Below are positions 51,601 to 64,000 of a stretch of DNA of 64,000 bases, piece after piece. How positions within the stretch are numbered: position 1 is the first letter of the stretch; each line of letters opens with the position of its first letter. Below the pieces are notes generated by a model. The model was given only the letters and a program-made list of their open reading frames with translations, did no database searches and had not been told where the DNA came from. This stretch comes from Marsupella aquatica (Eukaryota; Plantae; Marchantiophyta), in NCBI GenBank assembly GCA_973895155.1, contig OZ316896.1:16471752-16535751 (forward strand), in the 5' to 3' direction. A program made the translations under genes and the position numbers.

Positions 51601-51900
51601 GGTTGAGGGGTAACACTACTTTGAGGGTCTTGAGGAGACTTAAGCTTGAAGAGGAAAGTACTTTGGTTCTTGGGTGTTTGTGTGAGAATCTACTCTAAGG
51701 TGACAGCTTGGAGCGGAGATCCCCCTTGCTGATCCTTGGAGTAGAAGAGAGGGGAAGGATGTGAGTACAAAAGTAGTCAAGGGGACTACCTCTCTAGAAG
51801 TGGAGAGTTGAAACTACTTATGTATGGAGTGATTAGACATTGTAGGCACATTTCAGAAGTTTTGTCAATCCTTTGTGACCCTGGTATGATATGGAGCAGG
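48666..51900. mobile_element. Decayed LTR-retrotransposon-like non-coding region (boundaries uncertain)
   Basis: Degenerate iMet-PBS-like tgctatcagagt at ~48889. Motifs shared with the other LTR family (tttttctaagtgttgg at ~49565; ggcataactttggc...ccgttgg at ~50496). Direct repeats at ~51380 and ~51562. Confidence 0.4.
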
Positions 51901-51929
51901 TATTAGGTAATCTTTTGGGGAGAAAAGCC

Positions 51930-54900
51930 ACTTAAACTCCTTGACAAGTGTTTGACACCACGTCTATTCCACCCCACCTCTTGTCCAATTTTTCCTCGCT
52001 TCCTCCCCTTACGAGCGACCCTTGCATACTTGTCCTGATTGTGGATGGATTGACATCTTTCTCCATCATCACAAGCGGGGCCGATGCCATCGTCGCCAAC
52101 AAGCCCAATCCCAACCTTAGCCCCCTCTTGACCCTGTTAGCCCTGCCTCTCCCTCCTTGGAAGACTTCCGAGCACGCATAGAGTTGGGTTTGCACTCTAG
52201 ACCCCCTTATAGCGTACCATCTAGGGTACATTAGACTTTGCGTGCATAACCACATCCCATTGGCCCTGCGCATATTGGTTTGATCCTCCTTGTTGCAACT
52301 CATGTAGCTTATCTTAGCGCATTCTATAGAGGTCTCCTACTAGTCTTTACTCATGCTTTTTTCATAGTGGACTCTTACCCTCCCTAGTCATGGTGGTTGA
52401 GTGGGTCACCGTGAGACTGCCTCTTGTATCCATCGTTTTTGGTGGGAAGATTGGAAACAGCTTTAGAAAGAGTACTTTCTTTGAGCCCAGTCCTTTACCG
52501 CCCGTGCTTTGTCTGACCCAGCTCACCACTCTCATCCTTCAGACAATAGACGTCTTTGGCACTCTTGTCGTTTAGTCCAAGCTGATGAATATCATCATGC
52601 GGGCCATCCAGGCCCTTTCTTCCACCACACCAACCCCCCCGACGAGGTCACCTTGACAACTCTTTAGTCTTCATCCATAGCCCTATGATCAGCTCCCTTT
52701 GTTTGTGGAGGATTTTGAGCCTAAGGAGGATCTTTGGTTTAGTAGGGACCACTTCACCTATGCCTTCCTCCATGCCCCGCGTTGGCGGCTTGTGGCCCCT
52801 CTGACCTTGTTTTTGAGCATAATTTTTGTGATTTATTCTTCCTTGAGGATCCTTAGTTTAGTTTTCCAATTTTCTTCTCCTTTTGCTAGTGTATTGCAGC
52901 CGGCCATTTGCCTCCTCTTGTCTCTTGGCTCTTGAGTGCTTCTTGTTTATTGGCCATGGCTAAATCTTCATACGGTGTTCGGCCAATAGCTATTGACAAG
53001 GTATTTCTTTGTCTTGTATCTCGTATACTTTCATCGCAATATCACTCTGCACTATCAGATCACCTCTCTCCACATCAGTTTGAAGTGGGCATTCCTGGTG
53101 GTTGTGAGATAGTTATTATGGGTATTTGCGCTACCTTGGATCTCCACCCTGATTGCGTTGTCCTTCAGGTTGATGTCTCTAACGCTTTTAACACGGTTTG
53201 TTGGGCAACAATTTTTTGTGCTTTGAGGGCGGTGGATCCAGATATCCAGCCCCTTATCCTCTTTGTCCATTATTTTATGGACTCGAGGCCCCACTCTTCT
53301 ATAGTCATCACACCTCTACTGGAGTTTATACCACTATTTCTTATGTAGAAGGTAGACGTTAGGGTGATCCTTTGAGTGGACCCCTTTTTGTCATTGCCCA
53401 TTTTACAATTTTACGGGAAGCCGCCATGGCCCATCCCCAGTGTATCTTCTCCTCCCTTTCAGATGACACCCACATCATTGGTCATCCTACAACGGTTATT
53501 TTTGCCCTCGCCACTCTTTCCACCCCTTTGATGGCCCTTGGTTTACGGGTTCAGCGTGTGAAGAGTCGTGCATGGAGTCCAACTGGGTTACCCTCTAGTC
53601 TTGCGCTTCCCCCTGGATTTCTACGTCCAGTCAATGGTCTTCGGGTCCTTGGCTCCCCAATCGGTATCACCTACTTTTGCTCATCTTTCATCGTTGACGC
53701 TCTACGGGCTACCTTAGCCCCTATTCCCATGCTCCCTAAGTTAGCATATTCTTAGGCAGCATTTGGGATGTTGTTGAGGTGCATCCACCCTCGTGCATCT
53801 TATTTGGCCAGGATGCACCCCCCTACCAAGGGTCTTTGTCTCCACCTTTGAACGTTTGACGTCTCTATTTGTGAGAAGTTGGTCTCTCTTTTAGGGTCGG
53901 GTACATTGCTCTCATCTTAGTGGCTTCATCGACAACTCAGTCTTCCTATTTCTTAGGGTGGGTTTGGGCTTACTTCCATTGAGCACCTTGCATCTTTGGC
54001 CTTTTTGGGTGTGTGGGCGACCGCCTTCTCATTGTCGGCCGATCATTTCCTTATTGAGGATCAATTTTTTTTACTTTCATCTCTCATGGAGGTAGAGGAG
54101 GGTTCCTTCCTATTTTAGGTTTATTTGCGCGCGGCGCGGTCATCATTATCAGATCCTATGCACGTTCATTTTAAGAGTTTTTATCCTTGGATCTCGTTCA
54201 TTTTTAGGTAGACCTTGTCGGGCATATGCACGTTTTCACCCTCTCTAGCATCCTCTTTGAGGACCTGATATGAAGCAAGCTAGGATTCTTTGTTCTAGAG
54301 GGAAGGGCGCAGGAGGATGGCTCCAGGCCAATCCAGTCATTCCTCATCTGTCGATGTATTCAACAGAGTTCTTGATAGTCATGCGTCTTCGTATGGGGCT
54401 GCCTCACCCGCTTCTTGTAGATTTACCTTCTTCTTGTACTTGTGGGAAGCCTTGTGATGCCATAGGTGTCCATCTTTTTTGGTGCAGTTTGGGAGGTGAA
54501 ATCATTATTTTTCACGACGTTGTGAAAGATGTGTCTGTTCATATTCTCTTGGGCTCTTTGGTATGCGTGCAGCGGGAGGTGGTACTCGAGTTACCTGGTC
54601 CTCCATCACAATGATTACGGGCGGATTTTACCATGGTCTGTGAGGGTCAACATACTTTGGCGGATGTAGTGGTGACAAACCCATTGCACCAAGACATCAT
54701 TAGGACACGACAACAATGGCAGGGGCAGCAGCGTCACGTGTGGCAACAACAAAGGAGGCCAAATATGCTGCACAAGCTTCATTTGATGTCTTCCTCCCCT
54801 TGCTCTTGAGATATTTGGGGTCTTCATCACCAGTTTGATGGGCTTCTTTGACAAGCTTCCCGGGATGTTCATGGCCGGATGGGTCCCATGGTATCTGTTT

Positions 54901-55075
54901 TGACCACGCACTTTTGCCAATATATTTCAGTCACCTTAAAGCTTGCTCAAGCTTGGGCCATCTATCGTTGATCTCTTATCGTGGGTGCTAGTGTGCCCCC
55001 GTAGCAGCTCACTTCCCTATAGGACGTTCCAATCCCACTTGCCAATTTAGTTTTGACACTTGATGTGAACCATTA
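51930..55075 (+). mobile_element. Decayed CRE-like non-LTR retrotransposon (RT, CCHC, restriction-like endonuclease)
   Basis: GVRPIAI..LSPHQFEVGIPGGCE..LQVDVSNAFNTV; (Q)GDPLSGPLF; LSDDTHI; GLRVLGSPIG; GAGGWLQANP..MRLRMG..CTCG...GVHLFWC..HDVVKD; RADF...ADVVVTNP. Many stops. Confidence 0.85.
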
Positions 55076-55134
55076 GCTTTTTGCCACATTTGCTAGGAAT
55101 GATGAGGACCTCGGTCCGTTTGGGTTAGTATTAG

Positions 55135-55760
55135 TTCCTCATTCTTGGTTTTTACAGGTTCCCTAATGCTCACTTCTTAGTTTTAATTCATCTTTCTTGG
55201 TTTTTAGGGGTTCCCTATTGCTCACTTCTTAGTTGTAGTTTCTCTTTCTTGGTTTTTAGGGGTTCCCTATGGTTCACTTCTTTTACGTTTGGTTTTGTCC
55301 ACTTGGACCCTCTTTTGTTTGTTCTTTTGTACTAGGTTTGGTCCTTTTTTAAAAAAAGTTTGTAGATTCACTTTCTTTAGAACTCTTTTTCTTTCCTTTC
55401 ATTATGCTTTGTTTTTCCCTGAATGATGCATTTTGGTGAGTATTAAAAAAAAAGACATGTAGTGTTTGACACTTTTCTCTTCTATTAGTCATTTTTTAGG
55501 TTTACATTTGCTTTTCTTTTTTCTGGCTAGGTATTTGTCCTCTTTGGAACTCTTTTTCTTTTGCTTCATTGTACTTTGTTTTCCCATATTTACTTCCCTC
55601 TATTTTCTTCAGTTTTTAGGTTTGCACTTGCTTTTTTCTTCCTTGTGTGGTGCTCATCCTCTTTGGACCTCTTTTGCTTTGGACCACTTTTTGTTTACTT
55701 TCATTGTACTTTGTTTTTTTCCTTGGTGTATAAACTTTGGCCGAATTCTCTCCAAATTGA
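55135..55760. repeat. T-rich 3' region of the CRE-like element with ~50-bp repeats
   Basis: ttcttggtttttaggggttccctat(t)gctcacttctt x3, followed by repeated ttcattgtactttgttttt blocks. Confidence 0.6.
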
Positions 55761-57516
55761 TTCTTAGCTTTTGCTTTCCTTATTTGACTTATTTTGAAAA
55801 GGATGTATTTTGCATGAACCACCACTTCAAAAAATGGCGCAACTGAGTAATATAATTTTCAATTGATGATTCGTCCCAATTAACGCACTTTCATGATCAT
55901 TATGTCCAGCACGCTCGCCACATAAATAGCCGGGCCACTTATGAGGCGCCTGCATTAATTTGGGGCGGTGGAGTGAATGTTTCTTTTTTTAGTGTAAAAA
56001 AAGCCCGGTTTCCAGCACTCAAAGTTGCAAAACATTAATATGAGAGCTTCGCTTTGACCACCACGTGGAGCTTCTGTAATTCTCGTGGCACATAACTATC
56101 CTCAGAAGTTCTCGGTTCCAGGGGTCTTTTGTCGTTCGTTGGCCAGGAACTGAACAGTATACTAATAATATTCAATAAATGGTGCACGTTTCCCCATACT
56201 ACTAGCATAAATTATTAAATTGATTTCGGCGGCAGTCAAAGATGGTATATAGGCGACGACCTACGTCACCTATAATTCCAAACTGGTGGGGTCTTCTGCT
56301 TACAAAATTACAAAGGGCCGCGTTGCGGCCGTTCACAACTTCCGGCTGTGGGATCCACGACAGTCTGACTGCGACTATCAGCAAGTAACTGCCCTGCTGA
56401 CGGCCGGCCTTGTACAGTCACCCACGTGAGTCCTACCGTCAGTACGTACCTAGCCTGTCATGTTCCTACGGCACTATGCTATTTTCTGACGGTGCAATGG
56501 GAAAGAGTTCGAAATACCCTAATGTTTAATGTTTTGTTTTGTTGCCGATGTGATTTAAATACCATCTTGGGTGAAAGAGAAGACACTATGATTTTTAAAA
56601 ATTATTTTTTACTAAATTAAAATTTACAAGTCACATTCCCTAGATTGAAGGACTACTGCTAGCTAGAGTCTGCCACAAGGTACGAAAGTGGTGAATAATG
56701 AATGACAGAAAATCTAGCCAATTTTAGCCAACAATGGCAGAGCTGTTTAGGGTTGTGAAATCTACCAGATTTTCGTCACTGAAGATGAGGCAACCAGCCT
56801 GAGTTTTGTCAAACCAGCGAAGCAACAAGTCTGATACCTCTCAATGCAGGAAAATCACATGAGGATTTTCAAAATAGAATTAAAAAAGTTAGAAGAAACC
56901 TGGGGAAAACCAAAAAGACAATTCACACTCTCAACTGTGGCAGTCACTATCAATTTTCACGCAAGCCTACAAATAATTTACATTTTGCAGCACAAAAAAA
57001 GGTGTCAATCTATAAACAAGCACTATTATATTCATTTTACCATCGAAGTACACCTTTTGAGCTTTGGCCTCCACTTGTCCCTCGATCGAGAAAGTGGAAT
57101 CTTAACTGACATGACCGATTGTCTACCAAATGTGAAGAAAGGAGAAAAAGAATAAAAATTGTAACTGTGAGAAAAAAAACTAAAACTAGCATTTCAAGGA
57201 TAGAGAACGTTAATAAGAAATCTTAATTTTTTTTAACGTATATTAACTTCTTGATGCCAGGGACTTATGGGCAATACCATCATATGTGTAAAGAACTCTC
57301 TCTACCTGGAGGTATGTGTTCAATGGACCCCAAATGAAAAAGTCTTACTTGATGGGACCTTGAGTGATCTAATCTTTGAGGCTTCAGGTACCATTGATAA
57401 ACCCCCAAATGAAAAGTGTTACCTGATGGGAACCCTAGTGATCCCACCATTGACAAAACCTCCTTGGTAAGCCTTAATAAATATAAAAGGGGGCCCATGA
57501 AACAACACTTTTCATA

Positions 57517-57664
57517 TTGGGGTCCATCACTCTATGGGTTTTTGGGGTCCATCACTGTAATACCAGTGTTATGACAAAGAGTCACCCAGTCTTTGGGGTC
57601 CATCACTATGGGTTTTTGGGGTCCATCACTGTAATACCAGTGTTATGAGAAAGAGTCACCCAGT
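57517..57664. repeat. Tandem duplication (~75 bp x2) upstream of the host gene
   Basis: tggggtccatcact...gggtttttggggtccatcactgtaataccagtgttatga(c/g)aaagagtcacccagt present twice. Confidence 0.8.
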
Positions 57665-58469
57665 TACCCACACCCACCACGATGGTAGTACTGTTGAGGC
57701 AGGTCGGCGGCCAGATTTCCATCCGAGTAAACCCTTCCAGGACGGTCGTGCGAGGGTGCGATCGTGGCTGGTGGAGCTTTGTAATGATGATTACCCGCCC
57801 CTTGGCGCCTAAACCACCTGCTGAATCTTGATGGAAGTGGAGAGTCGGAAACAGTGGTCAGAGTGGCGCTCTAACTACTGGCAGTGTTCAAATGTGCCAC
57901 ATTAGTTGCGGATTGGGGTTTCGAAATGGTTCAGAAATGCTCTCAGGTGTGGCTCTGGCGAATGGTATGGAGTAGATCTCTCCAATTTATCTCGAAGGAT
58001 GATTGGGATGAATTAGAATTGGTTTACATTATTGGGGCTGCGAATGATTGGGGTGTCTCTTCAGAGTACCCCGGCAGCGTGTCATGAGCTGGAATCGGTC
58101 AAGGAAGCTCTCCCCAATTTGTACTTGAAAGCGTGTCGTCGGTTACGATGAGTGTAGTGCTGCTCTCTGTTTGTCTCGGAAGCATGTCATGGATTCGGAC
58201 AATTTAGTACTGGTCTCGATTTTGTCTCGAATGCATGTGTCGGTGATTACGTGATCCGTTGGGATTAGTGAAATGGAGCTCTTGAATTCGATGTTCGAGA
58301 GGGTTGAAAGCTGCCAAGGTGATGGATGTGGATTTTGTTGGACCCGAAGGGAGAAGGAAAACGCCGCGAGGGAGGCAAAGTGTCATGGACTCGTTGTAGA
58401 AGCCGCTGATGTGAAGGTAAGGGGACTACTCCTACCGTAGAAAGAAAAAAACGAGGAACTCGAGCAGAC

Positions 58470-61400
58470 ATGGCTGCGCGAACAGATTGGACAGGGGTCA
58501 AAACTCTAGTGACTCTCGAACAAGTAAGTTGGCGCTTGGAACCTTCTACGTGGGTCCGTTCCCGGAACTCGGTGGTACCACTGCGCCTTCAGAAGTGGAG
58601 GGTGGTTGGGGACGGTAGGACGACGAAAGAGCAGATCCGTGACTATGCAACTAGATGTCGTGAGTTCTCGACGACATATCAGACCTCATTACATTCTGAG
58701 GAGGGAGATGAGGATACTGTCGTTTCGACATCTCTTCCATCGACAGAATTCCACCGGCCCAGTAGTCCCGTTCCGACGTAAGTGCCTGAACTTGCTGAGG
58801 CAGGGGCAAAAAGAACACGGATGATGTGGATTGTTCTCCGATTGAATTTTGCAGCACAGGAAATCTGGCTACGTCTGATAGTTTTGAGAGTCTTTCGTAG
58901 TTTGCCTGTAGATGTGTCCTCGTTCCGAAGTTGTGACCCATTGCAAGCTAGTAACGTTAGTTAATATTGCGAACAGCCGCGGGAATCCATTCTTTCTATA
59001 TGCAGACCACTCACTCTGTAACTTTGAACACTTGCAACGGGGTGTCGTTAATGATTAGCATTATCCGAAATTCTAGAATGCGGGGTTTCGATGAGGTTTG
59101 CGGTGGCCGACTTAGAGAATTTAGCTTTCCATCGACGACAAAACTGTTCAGAATTTTGTGTTCTTGAAATTGTTTGCTCACGAGATTTCGCAGGGTAGAA
59201 GAGGAGGCTTATTTGGAAGATCGCGGACAGTCGTCGAGTGTAACGCATGCAATGGTTGACGAAGGAGACATGTTAGTGCGAAGTCCTGATGGGGGACCAG
59301 CTCCTTCGAGTGGATCCGAGTTCACCAATGCAGACGGTTACATTTCCGGGCAGGAGGAAGAGAGTGAATCAGAGAAGGAAGAGCTAGAAGAGGATAGCGT
59401 TGAGCTTACAATTAAGGAGGCACACGATTTTAAGATTTTCCGGCCCGATGATGAGGAGAAAAAAGTACCTGCGTCGATTCTAGACTTAGACTTCGATGGC
59501 AAACAGAGTCAAGTAGGCAGCACAAGGTTGCATCTAGAGGGGTACTCCTCCACTCATTCATCTCGGTCTTTATTATGGACAATAGACTCATGGGCCTTGA
59601 AGCAAGACGGAGAAGGGAAGCTGAGGCCGTACGTTCGGGACACCACCAAGGGTTTATGGTAAGCCTGTCTCGTGCCACCCGGCCTATTTTCTCGTGATCA
59701 AATCATAAGTGGCTTCGTTTTTTTAGGGTTTCATGCTCAGTTTTGTGTACTGAACTCGAAGGTCCGCTAGATACCTGTGCCGCGATTTTTGGGCATTGTC
59801 AGGAAGCATATTTTAGGAGGGAATTTATTGGATTGGAAGAGTTGTTGACGTGCAGACTGTGAGCATGAAGTAGACGAACTGCCATGGAACTCGCTGGCGT
59901 CCCATGGTTGTGAAGGGTAAGATAGGGTCCAGAATTCTTTGGTGATGAATTCGCAACACGACACTATCCCGTAGCGTTCATATAGGTGCTTTATGAGAAG
60001 GAGATTAAGCGGGCACTGCTTCAACGATTTGGACGATGTAGACCGCTTTGAAGATTTTGTTTTTAAATTTGATGTTACTCTCATAGACATCGGTCGGACA
60101 CGAGAACTTGGGACCTCCACTCAATGCTCTTGAAATGCTTACTCGAAGTCCACGTTGAAAGGAAGTCTGACAGAATCTGTAATTGACGACGTAGGATCTG
60201 TTTCACAGAAAAGGTTCCTGAACAATCCTTAGGTTGAAGGAATTGATGGGTTCGAGTGCGTCCTATGATGTAATTCCTGGTTCAGCACGGCTAGCGTGGC
60301 CTTAGTTGTGGTTTGTACATACGAGCAGGTCTAAATTAGCGCCATATTGGTTGGTGCTTTCCAAGGAGTTTTTCTGAGCAGAGTTAAGGCTTTCTGCATC
60401 AAAGCGTGTGGATAATGTTCAAGTATCTGTAGTGACGCAGATGTTCATTAGTGCCGAACTCCGAAGGTTATTTGGTTGACATGCCATAGTCTTTTAGGTG
60501 TGCGTTGTCGAAGAAGTGGATAAGGTGTATTTGAGGTCTTGTTAGCCAGATGAAATTGTACTGTTTAGATCAGCGATTGAATGGAGAACTTTTCTCTGTG
60601 TAGCATCTTTGGATTTTTGGTATTTTTGGTATTTTTGGTATTTTTGGTATTGTTTGGTGTGTTTTGTGTCTGAGTTGTAGATCAAGGGCAAATATTCTGG
60701 CTCTTTACCATGGACGGGCTCAGAACTGATTGATTTGGCTAAGCTTGGCTTACGCTGTCTGGCAGGATCAAGCTTCGGAGACCACTCAGAGAGTATATAG
60801 TATCCTTACGTGGTGCTTTCCTCATAGCCAAGTTTCTGGAGCTTGCCATGACATCCAAGGAAACCGATGCAAAAAATTGTTTGAATAAACTAGAAAACAT
60901 TTGGTATGGTCATACATTTCTTTTCGGTTTCAATTCTCAGAACCTTTTGTAGTAAATCGTTTCACATGCACTTCCGTTCTCACCCCTTCAGGAAAAATGC
61001 AGGTCGAGGGACGAAATAAAGACAGTTTTGTTGAAGTATTATCCCTCAGTTGTCGAGAAGGTGGTACGGTCCACACAAGGTCCGAAATTGGCACGAATGA
61101 CTCCTGTGAGTAATTTGCACTTTCCTACCAATTTTTCTTTCTTTTAGAAGGTTGTTTTCTTTACTTCGTCTTGCAGACCAGTTTCCTTCGCATCTATGTT
61201 GCTACGTTCTTGGCACACAACATATACTCTCAGTCTCTAGCACCATCTGAGGATCGGTGAACTTGAAAATAGACTTGATTCTATCATGTTATCTACTAAC
61301 CATCGTTTAGGTTTGTACTCTCCGTAACGTCTTGATTGATTGAACTCTTTAATTGAAGTCTGGTTTTAACCCGGTCTGGCGTGATGTGAACCGATGCAAT

Positions 61401-64000
61401 TTCTATTAAATTTAAGTTGGAAAAGAAATATATGAGTAATTTGAATGGGAGAAGTCCGACTTGTTTTATTTAATTGCTTTTCTATATTTCACTTGTTCTT
61501 TCTGGCGTTTGCACGATTTGAGGTTCTTTGGACTTCGAAGTCAAAGTCAATGCAATTTCTACCTTTTACCTTCTCTCCCATTTCCGGAGGAACTGTGGAC
61601 TAGAACATCAGGGTAGTGCCATGATTACTTGAGGTTTTCTGATGCAGATCGTAAAGAATATGGAATCTCTATTGAGGGGAATGTTGAAAAAAGGAAACCC
61701 TGTAGCTATTGTGAAGGTGAAACACTCAAACTTTCTGTGGATATGCAATACCAGTGTATATGATGAAGTTTGCATGTTCGCTTCTTTGTCTTGAGGTGGA
61801 AGTGTGGCTAGTTCCCCCCTCATGTCCACTGAGGATGCCATTCTAGGTGCTATGACATTCACTTATTCATAATGGAGAAAGAAAAAGTCCTCAGTCCGTA
61901 TGTGTTGTGATGTCTATGGGATTAATGGAACGTCTTATAAAGTGTTGTTTTCCACGATTGAGGATCATGGGTTCGTCTTATTGGTTTCTACTTATATTTA
62001 TCTAATGGGAAGAAAGGGAAATATATGTCCATGCTGGCTGATCATTTTACTACCTTGCAAATTTGTGCTTAAGAATGTACGGGGTGGCAATTTATAGCTG
62101 TCGATGATGTCCACAATTTTTATTCATGCCACTTCTGCAATTTGAGTCTCAGTTTTGTACTGGAATGGTAAGAACACCTAGAGGAAGCTCATCATCATCC
62201 TCGCCTTACTTTGCTGTTCACATTTTCGCTTGGACGCAACTGCAGAGACCATCATCCAGTAACGAAACGAAATCGGACAATAAACGGAGGCGGATGGAGG
62301 AACTGGACCCAGAAATTTTTCCAGAAAAGGAGGAAGTTCTTAAAGAGAGAACGAATACAGCCTCGACCATATCCGTTTCAAATAAACGGAAACGTGTCAT
62401 AGAATCTGATTTTGAAGATGAGTCTGGTTCAGAAGATCATGTACCGCTATCTCAACGACAATTTCAGTTCTCGGTGAGATCACAAAGGGATGAAGTGGTC
62501 GAGCATAGAGTGAGAAGGAACGAACCCGACACTTACAATGAGAGCAGGAAGCACGAGCAGGACAGTGGTGCCTCTGCTGGTCTTCGTCTATCCCCCGACT
62601 TGAACAAAAATGATACTTCTTCAAGGTCTGTGTACACCAATGAGAGCAAGAAGCACGATCAGTACAGTGGTGGCTCTGCTGGTCTTCGTCATTCTCCCGC
62701 CTTCAACAAAAATGATGCTTCTTCGAGGTCTGTTTACACCAACATCTGTAATCGGAGAAAAATATTAGAAAATAAGCTCAAATTTGGACAATCGTGCGGA
62801 AGTAAGGAGATTCTGCAATCAATTGATGATCCAAGTCATTAGAGTTGGCATGAAATAAGGGTGGAGTGACATCTCACATCTCACATGATCGTTGTCTGTG
62901 AAGGTGGGATGAGGGAGGGATTGACCAGGAAGGAGAGCAAGAATATCAGGACATTGCTGATGCTTATGGTGGCCAAAGTGACGGACTTGGTGAAATTGTC
63001 GATGATGACGATGAGGAACTTGGAGATTCAGCTTTCTGTGCCATATGCGATGATGGTGGTGATTTGCTTTTGTATGTTCGTTGTCCGCCTTTTTCTGTGC
63101 CTACATTTCAAAAGTTTGAAACTTTCTTGCATGATTGGATAGATCAGTTGGACAAGATCTCTTCTGTTGTCTTAGTGTTTGACAGCTGGCAGATTGCCAC
63201 TGAGTGTGCATTTATGTCACTTGCCCAAGTGGGGCTCCGTGGACTTAAGTTTCAATTGAATTCAATGTCATCAACCTTTCCATACGATGTTTTATTAACG
63301 TCTGATACACGAGTTGAAGTTACTCAATGTGTGAGAGTTTGACCTGGTCTGTGACAGGTGTGATGGTCCATGCATGCGTTCCTTCCATGCATCTGAAGAA
63401 AGTGCCGCGAGAAGTGAATCTCAGTGTAGATCGCTTGGATATGATCCAGATGAAGTCAGGGTCAGTGTCAGCAATTGAAAAATTAACCAGCCCATTTGTT
63501 GTTCCTTGCCATTACAGGCCATATTTCATGAAGTTTCGGTAGACTACCTTAGATGTGACCAACTCTGATAAGTTTTGGGACCTGAATGATAGGGCTATTT
63601 AAAATCAATGACTAAGCCTTCTAGTTATTCTGAAGATGTTTTATCCTCGGTTTCAGGAATTTGAATAATAGGTCCTTTTTCGTGAAAGTGGATCATGACA
63701 ATTGCTCTTCTAACAAGGTTGGTGGAAAACAGGGGATGGGAAGCTGGAAATGCGCGAACTGTGTCCATGGTCAACATCAATGCTTCATATGTGGTCAGCT
63801 GGGCAGAAGTGAGGGAGATGACAAAGAGGTCAGTAGGGACATCACTAATTGGCATGAGGATGGGTTCGGTGAAAGTTTTCTCAAGTGAAGCTCTAGCTAT
63901 GTAGAGTAGTTAACCTTTCCTCCAATGCTTGCGGGGTGAAAGCATTGCGGACAGTCCCCAGTACTGTATTAATGGGTGGGCTCACTTGCATAATCATTTA
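58470..64000 (+). CDS. EDM2: Host EDM2-like gene (RFTS-like N-terminal domain plus PHD fingers), 5' part. Supported exons: 58470-58777, 59194-59658, 60766-60903, ~62246-62727, 62904-63071, 63358-63460, 63733-63828; continues past window
   Basis: In-frame GT-AG joins give ...IDSWALK...YVRDTTKGLW|IKLRRPLREY... (RFTS-like, cf. EDM2 WIKLEEPRKSY) and FCAICDDGGDLLL|CDGPCMRSFHA...CRSLGY..|WKCANCVHGQHQCFICGQLG. Small exons at 61.0-61.3 kb and the true start are uncertain. Orthology versus paralogy not established. Confidence 0.78.

Noticed and set aside
55466-55846. Hydrophobic 126-aa ORF as a membrane protein
   Set aside because: Translation of T-rich low-complexity repeats.
60610-60655. (tttggtatt)n repeat
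   Set aside because: Ordinary intronic simple repeat.

Overview
Repeat-rich plant nuclear DNA. The bryophyte/non-seed-plant flavour is inferred from the TE types only. About 56 kb is a nested transposon cluster: an apparently intact CACTA (En/Spm) element on the minus strand (1-~9.1 kb); a complete 18.1 kb CACTA with both TIRs (14991-33107), sitting in a solo LTR that sits in a Ty1/copia gag, and itself carrying a 408-bp tandem array with a hAT-type MITE; a third decayed CACTA; further LTR remnants; and a decayed CRE-like non-LTR retrotransposon. The last ~5.5 kb holds the 5' part of an intron-containing host EDM2-like gene (RFTS-like domain plus PHD fingers). Main finding: two divergent CACTA families each carry, upstream of the transposase and in the same orientation, an intronless stand-alone EDM2-type triple-PHD ORF. 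One also carries a tandem-BRCT ORF resembling the DNA polymerase lambda BRCT. Each cargo ORF lies directly behind its own splice acceptor. This suggests a transposon-encoded chromatin-reader and repair accessory module. Family assignments come from motifs recognised by eye; no searches were run.
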